From Balanoglossus misakiensis (Eukaryota > Animalia > Hemichordata), in contig CM082583.2 of the NCBI GenBank assembly GCA_040954595.2, positions 9,809,656 through 9,873,655 of the forward strand: DNA of 64,000 bases. The letters run 5' to 3'. The translations under genes and the position numbers were made by a program. The notes beneath the pieces were generated by a model. The model saw only the letters and a list, made by a program, of their open reading frames with translations, ran no database searches and had not been told where the DNA came from. How positions within the stretch are numbered: the stretch's first letter is position 1; the number at the start of each line of letters is the position of its first letter. Positions 1 to 13,100 of this stretch are shown here, piece by piece.

Positions 1-426
1 GAATTGAACGCTACAACAAGAAAGCAACGTCCAGAGCACAAAAGATACAGAAGTTTAAAGTACTCGATGTTGATTTCTCAATACCTGGGGGTGAATTAGG
101 TAGGTTGTGTTTTGTCTCTGTGAAAGTTGGAAATAATCACACCATTTCAATATTATCATTGTTCTGGAAAAGTTTTGAAACCTTGTGTGACTATGAGCGT
201 TTCAACTCTTAACCTATTAAATGAAAATAGGGGGACTTTTGCCCCAGATAAATTTACATGTATGTGACACTCTCTGATTAGATGGGCATCAGATGAGTAT
301 CATGGAAACAGTAACTGATCTGCACTTATTTTTTCCCCATTCCACACAGGTCCAACTCTAAAACTCAAGAGGCACTCAGTGGTCAATAAGTACAATGAAC
401 TCATCGACTCAATGTATGAAGATTGA
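1..426 (+). CDS. ACSBG: Long-chain fatty acid-CoA ligase, bubblegum (ACSBG) family; last two exons only (gene begins before the window)
   Basis: Exons <1-99 and 350-426 joined by a GT..AG intron translate to IERYNKKATSRAQKIQKFKVLDVDFSIPGGELG|PTLKLKRHSVVNKYNELIDSMYED*. The DFSIxGGELGPTLKLKR motif is characteristic of ACSBG C-termini. Confidence 0.9.
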
Positions 427-2589
427 AGCGCTGTGACACTCAAATCTGGATTATAGATGAGACCAAAGAGATGGCAAAGAGAGTGGCTTGAATGATCAGC
501 TCTAACCGTCTCTCGTCGTAATTGCCATTGTGAAGTTCATCAAAGATAGCAAATGCATTGTATATAATAAAAAAAAAGAATATTGCAATGGAATGGTATA
601 TAATTTTTGTCATATTCTATTTTTGTTTCCGCTTTTGAAAATGTGTGCTTTTCACTAATCCCCTGAAAACTTTATTGTATTTTTGTGTCTTGGTTGTATT
701 TGAAAATTTAAGTAAAAGTTCTTTTTTTCCCCAAGAAATTTAAGAATATACCAGTATTAGTGTTTTTCAGCTGAATATGTCACATGTTACTTTTGATAAT
801 TACAGCTGTCAAAAACCCTATTGTCCAAGCAAAAGTATACATTCGGAATGCAATCTGACCTTTGACCTGTGATGACCATTGTGTCGTATCGATGCTTCAT
901 TACCATAACAATAAAACATAACATTAGGATGTAGAGCTATAATACCACACTTGCATGTTCTCTTCATAAATAGACAGCGGCAAAAATCTGTCATCACAAT
1001 CCATCTTGATTCCATGCAGAACATCGAAAATTAGCATTTGATATAAACATGCAAGTACCTAGGCATCTATAGCTTTGACAGATACAGTAAACTCCAAGAA
1101 GTTTGCACGTGTACCTGTACAGTTCCACACAGGATCAATAATACTGCCACTTTTCAGATTTTTATTTATCACCTCCATATCAGGGCTTTCCTATAAAAAA
1201 AAATCAAATCCAACACCACCATCTGTTTCTGCAGGTGTTTTGACATCACAACTAATTAATGTAGAGATAAATTGACATAGCCCTCCCCTAATGATAGCAA
1301 TGGTTAGCCCTGACATGGATGCGAGTTTATCATGTTTATATCTACCAAAGATAATATAAACAACAATTACAATGCAGAGTTGATGTACCATTTCAAAGAT
1401 GGTTAATATTTCTGGTGTGCGTTTTGTCTGATCGGATTTGAGTGTGGTTGCATGTTGATGACTTAGTTTTGTGGATAGAATTCCTCCAATGACAAAAAAA
1501 TATAAAATATATAGAGTTGTAAATATGCAATAAAAGAAATATGAAGGCTGTAAACTGTGGGAGATGATATGTATATATGAATGGTAAAAACCACTCATTG
1601 ATGTGTAGCGCAGTTTGCATCAATTGTCTTTTGCACATTAAGAACACAACAAAGTTGTCAATGTTCAGTTGCACTCATTGCTGCATGTATTGCACTGTAG
1701 CTGTTTAGATATGTTTACAATGGTTTTGACGTAACCGAACACTGCCAACCAGTGTCCATTTGATTTGCACTTTAGTTTATCTGTTCGGATGTAAATGGTT
1801 GTATAGACCTATGATTTAGACAGTTTGCATTGCATTTGAATAATTATTTAAATTTGATCCAAGTCCATACCACACATGCAGAGATTTTAAGTTTGATATA
1901 AAAGTCTACCAAAAAAATTACCAAAGAATAAGAAATGTTTTTGGATGAAAAGAGCCATATACCTCCGGAGTAAAGAAAATATTAGTTTCTACCAAGATTT
2001 GCAAGCTTCCTTTTGATATCAATGAAAAAAAAATAGTTATATTATTGAAGTGTGACAGATTGAATTAACAGATTTCAGAAGGCAATATGAGTGACATTTA
2101 CTTTTGTGGTGATTTGATTTAATTTTATAATTGACGTTGCATTGATGGATGTTAAGGTTGTTATTGTTGTCAACAATTTCCAGGACATATCTGGTTGTTT
2201 ATCAGAAAGCTCACCTGAGAGTTTAACAACACACTGGGACTCTACATGCCCTCCCAAATACTTTTGTAGTCACTCGTTCTGTGATTGGCCAGTGGAATAA
2301 AGAGCAAAAGAAACCTAGGAATGATTGCATGTAATCTTGCTTTGCTATGGTGTATGTGTGTGTGTGTGTCCAGAATCTCAAGTATATGGCTAATTTGCCA
2401 CAGTCTCCCTCTGTGATGAGGGACTGTGGGTCTACCACCCTTGTTCAGTGGACAAGAAGTATCGAGTATGTCCTTTTATTGAAAAGAAAGTAAATGCTTG
2501 AACTGCGTGAACATCACACATTATTGTAATTTTGCAACTCACAATCGCAAACATACAGTATTACATTGGTATTATATGGTGTGTGTTTT

Positions 2590-2622
2590 ACGTACGTACG
2601 CACGCACGCACACACACGCACG

Positions 2623-2662
<40 letters not shown>

Positions 2663-2777
2663 TACATACATACATACATACATACATACATACATACATA
2701 CATACATACATACATACATACATACATACATACATACATACATACATACATACATACATACATACATACATACATAC
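2590..2777. repeat. Compound microsatellite (CACG/CA)n followed by (TACA)n
   Basis: Directly visible; it explains the HTYI/MYVC repetitive ORFs at 2498-2814. Confidence 0.98.
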
Positions 2778-2806
2778 GCGTATAAATTCAAATGACTATC
2801 AAATGA

Positions 2807-5800
2807 TCAAATGATGCCTGACATTTCTGAGACTGAATAATCATTAGTGGCATTCATGATCAAGTAGGCAACAAACCCTGCTGTACACGTAAAAGCAATT
2901 GTGGCGCAGATCAGCAAGAACAGTCGATCAAGTATCCGCGCAATTTCTTGCCACTCGTACAAGTAATTTTCGACAGTTTGTCGTTTTTTGGTGGATCCTG
3001 GATTGCGAACTTTGTTGTTGTTGGTAGTCGTGGTGGTGGTGGTTGCGATCAGTTCTGATGAGCTGATTGGTTTTGTATCTGAGAATATGTTGTTCGAGTG
3101 TGCAAAGTATGAAAGAGAAATGGTACACTCGTTGGGGTCCGTTGGGATTATGTCGGATGCGCCACGACCCAGAGTTTTTTTACACGCTTGTCGTTTACAC
3201 CCGCAGCAAGTACGTGTTCTTTGGTCTTCTTTCCTTCCGACTTTCACTTCGGTGCAAATCAACGGAGAAAGACAGTCAAAAACGAAGCGCCGTAACAACA
3301 GTGGCGGTCGTCGACAGTTCCAACCCCGGAAATGTAAATTGACCGTCATCGCAGTTGTGCAACAAGACAGTATTACCAAGGAGATGGTTGCGAAGAAATA
3401 CCGCTCTGAAAAGGAAAAATATTGACTTTGTATTGGAGAGTGTTTGTGTTGGGGAATGAGATCTACGGTTCCATGAACTTAAAAAGTTTATAACTTTTAA
3501 AAAGTTTATAACTTTTAAGTAACAACTCTTCAAGTTTGCTTCAATCTAATACTTAGAACAAAACATTTGCTTCCAGACCCATTTATAATTCTTCCAGCCC
3601 CCCCCCCCCCCCTCTATTAATATCAAATGAGTTATCCCTAACCTCGACAAATCAAAGAAAACGTCAGGTGGACTACATATACATATGACTTTTCTGCGTG
3701 TTAAAGGTTATGATTGTAAGGGGAATACTTACGAAGATATGGCATTATTTCCGAATTGGTGGGCATGTAGTTTGCAACAGCTGAGAGGAACATCATCAGG
3801 GACACCACGCTGGATGCGCTCAACCCCATCCTCTCTCCGGAACCGGACGGGACGTAGAACCCGACCACCACGACCGTTGACACCAGAAACGCCGGCATGA
3901 TGACGTTCAGAAGGTAGAAGACCGACCTGCGCTTCATGTGGATGACGTAGGTGGCCACGCCGAAGGGTTGCCCCGGGCAACACGGATAGAGACGGGCGTG
4001 TCGCTGGACGTCCATAGTCAGAACTTCCCACTGTGCATTGGAGATGAGGTTGTCCGTGTTGCTCCTGTCGCTGGGCACGACATCGATCAAGTCCATCGGG
4101 TAGGACCACGACCCGAACGTGAAAAAGCAGTGCTGGTGGTCAAACGGGAAAAAGGTGTTATCCATCGAACAGCTGGACTTGAAAATGAACGGCTGCAGGG
4201 CGGTGACCACTCCCGATGACGTCACTTTTGCGTCAGTGTCGTACTGCTCTAAGACGTCGTTTTCATCCACACTGCAGATAAGGGTAAAATGAGTAAAATG
4301 TTAATAACAGACAGAGGTTTACGCATATGATGTCCGAGTTCATCGTGTACGGCGAAATTGATGTCAGAGACCAAGCTTGCCAGGATGTAAAATCAGGTGT
4401 GAATCAACTTTTTAAATATACACCTTTCTCAATTCAAATTCGCGATGAAGACGAAAAGGAACGGTCATTTTCGATGTAAACGCACTTCGCTTGTTTTTTA
4501 ATCATGAGAAGAGGCCTCCTTCACATACATTTCCACTGCGATATAAAATGACACCAATTGGCCGAAGAATCTCATTTTGCGCAATGTTAATATCCGCGCA
4601 CACAATAGCAGAATCCCGTTCACCATGCCGAGAATACTGACGACAGTAGGTACATTATCAATACACAGAAACCACGCTTACCTGCCATAGAGGGCAATGT
4701 CTGGTTGCCATATTTCTGATATCGGAACCTGTATTTCATTCAGTCCGTCGTATTCATTTTCATCCCATGCCAAGCGTTCATCTATCCACGTCTTTTGGGA
4801 TCATTAGCAATTCATAATAGATAAAACCGAGAAAAATAACATCATTCACGCGCAGTTTACAGTTTCATCACGCAGACAAATCATCCCCAGGTAATATCGT
4901 GACGTAAGTCCAAATCCATAAGCTTGGAGCGAATAAGCGATATTCACGGTTGAGAGTCAGGCTTCGGGTAATGTATTATTGCTTTAGTAGATGAAGTTTG
5001 TCGGAAATGACAGGAGATCAAGAAAAAAAAATCTACCTACCTGCGCACACCAGCTTTTCAAAATTATGAACTGTTCTTTTTCGTCCTAATGTTTATAAAT
5101 ATAAATATAAATATAAATAACGAAATTAAATTCTCGACGCTAAAGCCGACTATCGTGTCGCCTCCTTAGCTCAGTGGTTAGAGCACTGGTCTTGTAAACC
5201 AGGGGTCGTGAGTTCAAATCTCACAGGGGGCTATTAATAGTAATCACATTTTTGTCGTTCTGCTTTTGGCCTTAATACCGAATTGTGATCACAACAAGAA
5301 CTGCTGGTATAAAAAAAAACATTTGAAAGCCGATACCAACCTTTTTGAAAATTAACACGAAAGTATGTATTTATGTCGATTATTGGAACAAACAAAAAAA
5401 CGTTTAACCTTACCACCAATATCATCAGGGATTAAAGAGAATTGTAGAAAATTTTGTGTTTTTATTTTAGCGCGATTAATTAAACAGTGCAAGGTTTCCG
5501 TTATAACACGATGTGTGGACCTCGTTTTTCCATCTAGTATGCAGCGGCAGCAGAACGAGAACAGCAAAGATCTGGCAAAAATAAAGACTGGGTCTATGAC
5601 AATATACTTATAGATCAGGTAGATTTGGGTGACAGGTTCTTGAACACCTGTTACCAAAATAAACTCTGCAAAAACTGATCTCACATATCGCTTAACCCTG
5701 AAATGTAATTCCGAGTTCTTTAAATAGTAAGCTTACAAGCGCAGAAAAGTGGTTGCGTGAACAAAGGTCATAGCTTAGAAGTGCTTGTAATCGTTGCCAA

Positions 5801-7325
5801 TGCTATCAAAAAAACCATTAAAATTCATCAAAGCTTGTAGTCGCGAACGTTCAATGTAAAATTGTCCACGTCACGCCACCGCGTTTCAATATCAAACAGA
5901 TCGAATGGTTACGGAAAATAGCATTAGGAATACTAAAAGGTGAACTAATGTGTAGGCCTAATTTCATTAATTAATTACGCATGCCATCGATCGATGGTTG
6001 TGCATATGTTAGACTACGTTTAATACAAAACACTAAATAGCGCTTATACTTACGACGTTGATTACTTGAATCGGCGTCATGCGATGTTCGACAACGACTG
6101 CCGAACCGTTCGTGTCGGGACGGTTTACCTGGGAATAATTTGCGAACAAGTCTTTCACCAGCAGTGCGCCCATCTGCGACGCCATCGCGTTCAATTTGAA
6201 TCCTACAAAACAAAACACGAAGGCCTACATCATAATGACTGTCTTCCTTTGCAAAATATGTATTCCATATATGGCAATTCCATTTCATTTTTGATGATGC
6301 TCCGTCTGGCGAAGCAACCATTCGTGCCGAATCACAATCATGTTGAAATTCGATTATAACTTCGACGAAACAGAAGCGACAACTCACGCGTGATCAACAT
6401 AATTAAAAGAATATAGCAGTTAATCAAATGCCCATGGCCAGTTCCTTTGCATAACACCTTCTATCATAATCTCTATCTTTCTTTACAACATTTGTATTCC
6501 AAGGGGAAGTAAATCTAATTAAGCGCAAAAATGCAATTGTAAAGCAGATGATTTCTAGCTACAGAAGAGACAACGCAAACGTCTCAATCAGTTGTTCAGT
6601 TCATCAATAAACCGAACAATGCTTCAGCAAATACGTATAATTGGTGAGGATGAAGGGAGATAGTGTGCTCAAAAGACGTATCTAGCGATGTATGCGGTCA
6701 ATTTGTACTCTACCACTTCAGTTATGAAAGCTAAAAAATTCATTTGAGGTGGAGCGGGGGTGGTGGAGGACGGAATAAGTGTAATATTCTACCAGCAGTT
6801 TTCTTGGTGTTATAAATGGGTTGGTTTATTATTTTCTATTCATTCTATTTTCTATTCATTTCATTTAGCGTTTTGAACCCAGATATATCTTTGTTGTGGT
6901 CTACACAGCGATAACGATGTCATATTCGACAGACATGTCGCTCTAAAAAAAACATTAACCTTTCTTATCGTCATTATTAAATTGTCGGAAAGCGGATAGA
7001 CGTGGCGGATAATGTGAGATGGTTTTGGTTTCAGTCATATAACGTTATTTCTATCACGAACTCTACAGCCCACTCTATTCACAATACGGGTACATTGTAA
7101 ATGACATCTCCCTATGTGAACACTTGCCGACGTATTCAACTACTGCCTACGTACATGTACTCTGTTCCCTCAACGAGGCATACGACATATTCGTACTGTT
7201 TTAACCATGGCAACCAACCTCCAATACTTTAATATTTTGTTATAATTGGAAGAAACGATTCAATGAATTTACTCACCATGTGCGAAGAGCGACGAGATTA
7301 AGATTGAAATGCACAGTAACGTCAT
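2807..7325 (-). CDS. Nicotinic acetylcholine receptor alpha-type subunit (alpha7/9/10-like, divergent); 6 coding exons
   Basis: Exons 7325-7277 (signal peptide MTLLCISILISSLFAH), 6202-6054, 5085-5041 (45 bp), 4791-4682 (110 bp), 4271-3733 and 3405-2807; all GT-AG and in phase. Motifs: WxPDIxLY, Cys-loop CSMDNTFFPFDHQHC, loop B GSWSY, loop C YPCC vicinal cysteines, M1-M3, and M4 preceded by EWQEIARILDRLFL. The 45 and 110 bp exons are typical of nAChR genes. Confidence 0.93.
5160..5232 (+). tRNA. tRNA-Thr (anticodon UGU), intronless, antisense within nAChR intron 2
   Basis: Acceptor stem GCCTCCT/AGGGGGC; D arm AGCTCAGTGGTTAGAGC; anticodon arm CTGGT-CTTGTAA-ACCAG; T arm GTGAG-TTCAAAT-CTCAC; T-run (Pol III terminator) about 16 nt downstream. 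Confidence 0.96.
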
Positions 7326-8008
7326 CTCTGGGTGTTTAAATCCGGGATAAATCAGCATGGTTTGTATACACGCTCTATCAAAGCGAAAGTCGCCATCATA
7401 TCAACAGTCGGTCTGATTTCGCATGCGCATACGTTGAACAGGGATAAATTACTAGTAATATGTGGGACTGAAACGGGATCGATCCAACCGCTACGAGTGT
7501 GGATTAAAATTGTCGATGACAAATAAAAATAACAATAGAGCATGAATTCATTAACATTGTCACATGTTTGTATTTTAATTTTTATCCATCTGACGGGCCG
7601 AGTCGAGTGACCCATTTCTCTCTACAAAAGACATCACGTGATCACACCTCATCGCCATGCGCCTTTGTAATTGGGTGGCCATGGCAAACGCCTGTCACAG
7701 CTTGCGTCGCTCGTTCGTTTGTTTATTTACTTACAGCCATTAGAACCTCAGTGATGGATTGCATTGTAAATACAATTTCATCATTAATTGTGTTTTTTTC
7801 CACAAGGCCAGTACAATAAAAGAAACCAAAGATAATCGTCATCACCTTATGTATTTTTATTTACATGTAAAATCAAACAAAAACCAATACATCTGTATTA
7901 ATAAATTCTGATAAATGTAAAGTTGTGCAGTACGCTTCATACTGACACGGAATTGAACATCGGAAGAGTTTTTTTCCCCACCAAGCAGCATACACAGCAC
8001 TGCGACGT

Positions 8009-9114
8009 CTAAAGACCGGATTCTTTGAGCCTTTGTCTGATCATGTGACACACGTCATCTAAGGTGGAATCCAGCTGGAAATGGTCTCCGTTGTTCTGTA
8101 TGACGAGATCCCAGCCGACTCCGTCATCTAAGCCGCATTCAGACTCAGCATCGTCGACTCCTTGAAAAAACAACAGAAAGATAATCATTCTTTTCATGAA
8201 GGTGTCCAGACCTTGTACACACCCTGAACAGCCTGTACTGTGCATATGTGCAAGTAATTTCTGTATTTTACAAAAACTGAATGAACTTGAAGGTACCTTT
8301 TGTAAACAGGAATCCCCTCTCTTCTCGGATTTGCACCTCAGCTTCCACTCTCAATGTCACGGCAGCCCTGGGATACGTCTCCTTAAAAAATTCCAGGTCA
8401 GTTTTCCTCCGCGCGTCACTGATGATCCATACAGGTTTCTTGGAGCCCTCTACCTGGACCGCCAATCGGCAGAAGTAATCTGGCTCCTGCTTTCGCCTCT
8501 CTTCACCCCATCGGATCATGGCTGCTCTGTACTGTTCTTTGTATTCAGACGCATCCAGGAGCCTGTCCAGATCAAGACCATTCTCCTGCGGAAATCAATG
8601 AGTCACAAGTTGAATAATTCCACTGCTCTTTGCTATCTAGCCAAAATAAAATTATCTACTCATTATGGGAAACAAGTGAATTTTTTGTTAACACTTTCTA
8701 ATCTTACCTTGGCATATTGAGATTTCAGAGGCCCAGACAGTCTCATTATCGTGCAAATGCTCTCACCAAGTCTGGAAAGTGAAAGGAAAATATATGTGTA
8801 GTAATAAGACAGAAGGATAACAAAATATATCGCAATTGAGGAAATTTTAGATACAAGTATGTCCTCTATGGTTTGACCAATTTGTTCTTTTGTTTATTTG
8901 CAATCATTAGTGCAGATAGATTTATAGAGCTCAGTAGACATAATCAAATCAATTACATATGAATAATCAGAATAAATTTTCGTGAAAGGTTTGTGCAACA
9001 GTCAAAAGTATTCAGTCACCTTTGTTGCAGCAAACTTGTTATATAATCTTTGCCACATTTGCGTTTCCCACTGCAGACCAGTACAATAACTGGCTGTTTT
9101 GCTTCTTCGGTCAT
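8009..9114 (-). CDS. PMVK: Phosphomevalonate kinase (animal type); 4 coding exons
   Basis: Exons 9114-9020, 8771-8708, 8585-8297 and 8160-8009 translate to ...SGKRKCGKDY...RLSGPLKSQYA...MIRWGEERR..PDYFCR...WIISDARR...GVDDAESECGLD, matching animal PMVK. Confidence 0.96.
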
Positions 9115-9231
9115 GGTCTTCTCTTTATCCAAGAACTACCTGCAGGAATGAACATGTCATTGAACTGGAATGATCAACACTTGAAAAGATGACCCCCCCC
9201 CCCCCCTCATATATACCTAGGCCACATTTTG

Positions 9232-9313
9232 ATCACAGGCTCAGGAATCCACTGACGTAGCCTGATATAACATGTAAAGTCAGGCTACGTCAGTGGATTC
9301 CTGAGCCTGTGAT
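9232..9313. repeat. Perfect 34-bp inverted repeat with a 14-nt spacer
   Basis: ATCACAGGCTCAGGAATCCACTGACGTAGCCTGA (9232-9265) and its exact reverse complement (9280-9313). Confidence 0.95.
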
Positions 9314-10193
9314 TTGGAAAGTTCAATCATGTGTATGTATGGTGACTGAATGGTGCCAATCTCACTGTGTACATGTTTAGCATAAAACATATTAAAGGAC
9401 AAACGTGCCGCACGACAATTTTAAAATCCAATGTTTGCTGTAACTATTGCAGTGGCGGTTGGGGGGTGGTACATGGTGGGCGTGTTTGCGAATGGTGTGA
9501 TTTGATTACCCGAGTGGACTTCTGGCAGAGTGGAACAGTTTAGCCGTTGATGCACTCAACGAAGGCCAAGCAGAAAAAGAGAACCTAAAGGTATTCATCG
9601 CTTTGTCCCCCAAAACACTTGCACAGTGCTACTTACTCGAATTGTTGTGTTATTGCTAATATTTACCACTTCACTATCTTTGAAACAGTTTCCATGGAGG
9701 CTGCCATCTTGGTGTGTTTGTTCACCGTTTTCCACATCTTTCCTCACGCTTTCGCTATGCGCCGCTATTTTTTTATTATCGAGAAAATACTCGTATAGAC
9801 TGTGCTAACATGAGTAAAGCAAAAGTATCCAAAAACAGATGGCACCCAAACGACTTGTATATGACAATTCTTTGTGAAAATGCAATATTTCAGAGAATAT
9901 ACCGCTCATGAAATACTACATTGGGGGCGCTGCGTCTTAGGTGTTCTTTCAGCTGTTTGCTACCCCTGAATAAATTGTTTATTAGACAGGATAATTAAAT
10001 ACGAAACTAACGCTCCCAAAAAGCACTGAAAAGCGGATAATAAGGGGAATGCAATTTAACTGTAGAAAGGGTTTGAAAATGCGTCGATGTTACTAGTTGT
10101 CGAATGTCGGAAAAAATATGAATATCCAGTGACCGATACATTAATCGTAGGGGTAACATTTTCAAATTGGAACAGCTGACAACATCTTCGAAA

Positions 10194-13100
10194 ATGGCGG
10201 CGCGGGGAAATGAAAGCGAACCATTGCCACAGTCGTCGCGGAATTCCCCACCGGTTCCCCAATTTTATCGGCAACCTGGCATAGCCAACGCAAGGTAAGT
10301 TTCTCTTTAATAGCTGTGTATATATAGTCTTTGTCATATACATTTCCTGTATATTTTAATTGAATAATTAATACGGACGTCGCTTCGCATGTGATACATT
10401 CGTTGTCAATGTCAATATAAACATACCTAATAATACAAAATCGTGATTTTTTTCTGGGTCGCTATATTGGAAATGATTGTGACAGACGATGGTACATTCC
10501 CGCTTTGTGTCACTTACTCATGAGACATTCCAACCGATCAGAACTTTCGAAATCGATCACAGCATTTCCCAACCCCAGTAGGCGCATGCTGGGGCTTGCT
10601 TTGCATGATCTAACACTTAGGCTTGTTAGGCAGGACGTACAGCAAGCACGCATGGTATAAATTAAAACCGACCCACGCCTTTCTAAGCAGCACTGCACGT
10701 CGCACAGTGATCAACCTACACACTTAAGACATCACTTTTGGACTTGATGACTACCAGTACATGTATGCATAGATAGTATACAGCAGTGTATTGCTTATAC
10801 CTGTACTTGCTGGATGGAATAGGTTAATTTATTATGTCACCAGTTGTGTATGTATATTTCCAGAAACGTCATGGCAATGAATTTATCCCGACCAAACAGT
10901 GCTTCACCAAGGCCTCCAAGTGTCAGCAGTGTTGGAAGCAGTGGCAGCTACAAGAAGAAAGGTGGCCACACCAAAGCAGAAATCTGTGTGGGGGAGGAAT
11001 TGAAGATTGCCATCAAAATTGCACTAGATGAATTCAGATATTCAGAAGACAAAAAAGGTATTTGAAGAAGTTCTAAAGAAGTATACAAATAATTTCAAAG
11101 AAATGTATTCAGTTGAAAGAGACTAAAGTGATTGACATACTGGCTGTTCCTTGACATTTGTTCTGGCTATTCGTTCACAGAATTAGAATTCCCATCATCA
11201 TTGGCTGCAACGGAAAGAGCATACATCCACCGACTGTGTGGTGCACTGGGCCTTGCCACCAAAAGTAAAGGGTAGGTTCTGATATCACATCAATAAATGA
11301 AAGGGTTCATTGTTGTCTCATAATTATCCTCGTATTTAAACTTGACAAATGAGTCAAAGTACATGATGTAGTAACCAGATATTTTCTGTTCTCTTGAACA
11401 GCAAAGGAAGTAACCGCTATCTGACAGTCTCCAAGAATGACACTAACAAACAAGCCTCCAGTGTCGCTACGTTCCCGTTAACCCGTAATTCCCGGCATCA
11501 GGTGCACAGCCTTCTGCAGAGGTTCCCAGTCACCAACAAAGAAAGACAAGAACTTCAACCCAGATCAGAGAGGGGTTACTACACCAGTGGAGACAATGGT
11601 AAGGCCAGAAAGATTTGTCATTTGTATGAGTGATTCAGAAATTGAGTGTGCTGCTTGTTAGATTTTCATGGAGAGTTCCCACCATTGAAACAATTCTTAT
11701 GTACCCATAACCCTTGTTAATTTTCAATTACATTGCTGTAGGTCAAAGAGAAATGAACAAGACAACAGGAAGACTGAACAGTGGCGTTCCACAGATATCA
11801 CCAAGGCAATTAAATTCAGAGTTTGATCACTTCAGACAAAGTTTGCCCATTTATCATAGTAGAGAGGCCATCGTCAAAACTATTAATGAAAATAGAGTTG
11901 TGTTGGTATCTGGGGATACTGGATCTGGTAAAACTACTCAGGTAAGAGATGTGTTCGATTCAGTTCTAGTCTAGTCTAGGGTAGGCTAGTCTATTTTCTG
12001 CAGCATTCTACAGATGTGCAGCCTTTATAATTCAGCACGGGTCTTCCTTCCTCCTCACAGCTTCCCCAGTATATACTCAGTGAGAGTTCTAACACAGGAA
12101 GGCCATGCAGAATCATTTGCACTCAGCCTCGGAGGATATCAGCACTAGCCATGGCCGAGAGAGTGGCAACTGAGAGAGGTGAAAAAGTGGGCCAAACCGT
12201 TGGATACCAGATTCGACTGGAAAGCAGGTAATGAAAGGGCCTTAGTCTACTATCAAATGATACTCACCAATGACTCATGTGATGTGACTGACTGTGTTTG
12301 TAAACAAGGCAGAATCGGCATTGTTTATCATGTGCGTTCTTAACATGCATTTGTTTGGCAATGATGTTGTCGAGGATCACTAGTGTTTCAACTGTCAATT
12401 GCTCCACTCCATCATCAGTACCATCATGATCACCATTGTCTCCCCTAAGGCTTTAAATCCCTGTTACCATTCTGTAGGGTCTCCCCCAAAACTCTGCTGA
12501 CTTTCTGCACCAATGGAGTCTTGCTGCGCACACTGATGGGCGGAGGAAGTTCCCTGAATGCTGTCACTCATGTCATAGTGGTGAGTAGTCAAGCTAGCTG
12601 ACCATGCATGGCTAAAAAATCTTCTTTTAGAGGAAGTTATATTTGGTCCGCACCAGTCCGCACTCTAAGCCCATTTGATTGGCCCATTTGTGCACCATTG
12701 ACTCAACAAACTCACTGGTGACTTTTTCCGAGCAACAAACACAATACCTTTGTTGCAAGAATAATGTTTTCCTTTAATTTCTTAACAGGACGAAATCCAT
12801 GAGCGAGACAAATACAGCGATTTCCTGATGATCCAGCTGAGAGATATGTTGAACCACAACAAACATTTGAAAATAGTGCTCATGAGTGCCGCGCTCGATA
12901 CACAACTCTTTGTCCGCTATTTTGCCGGTTGTCCAGTCATTGAAAGTAAGTTCTGTTGTTTCAAATCATATTGGCTATTTTGATTTGATAAAAGTATGTA
13001 TCTCTAATATGAATGCAATCTCTTTTATTTCAGTTCCTGGTGCAATGTATGAAGTTAAAGAGTTATTCCTTGAAGACGTTTTGAAATGGTAAGAAACTGC

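Noticed and set aside
2498-2814. Several ORFs with HTYI/MYVC repeats
   Set aside because: They are translations of the (CA)n/(TACA)n microsatellite.
3476-3520. Short tandem, quasi-palindromic AAAAAGTTTATAACTTTT duplication
   Set aside because: AT-rich intronic micro-duplication with no sign of function.
2988-4219. Plus-strand ORFs overlapping the receptor
   Set aside because: Antisense shadows of GC-rich nAChR exons with no independent motifs.
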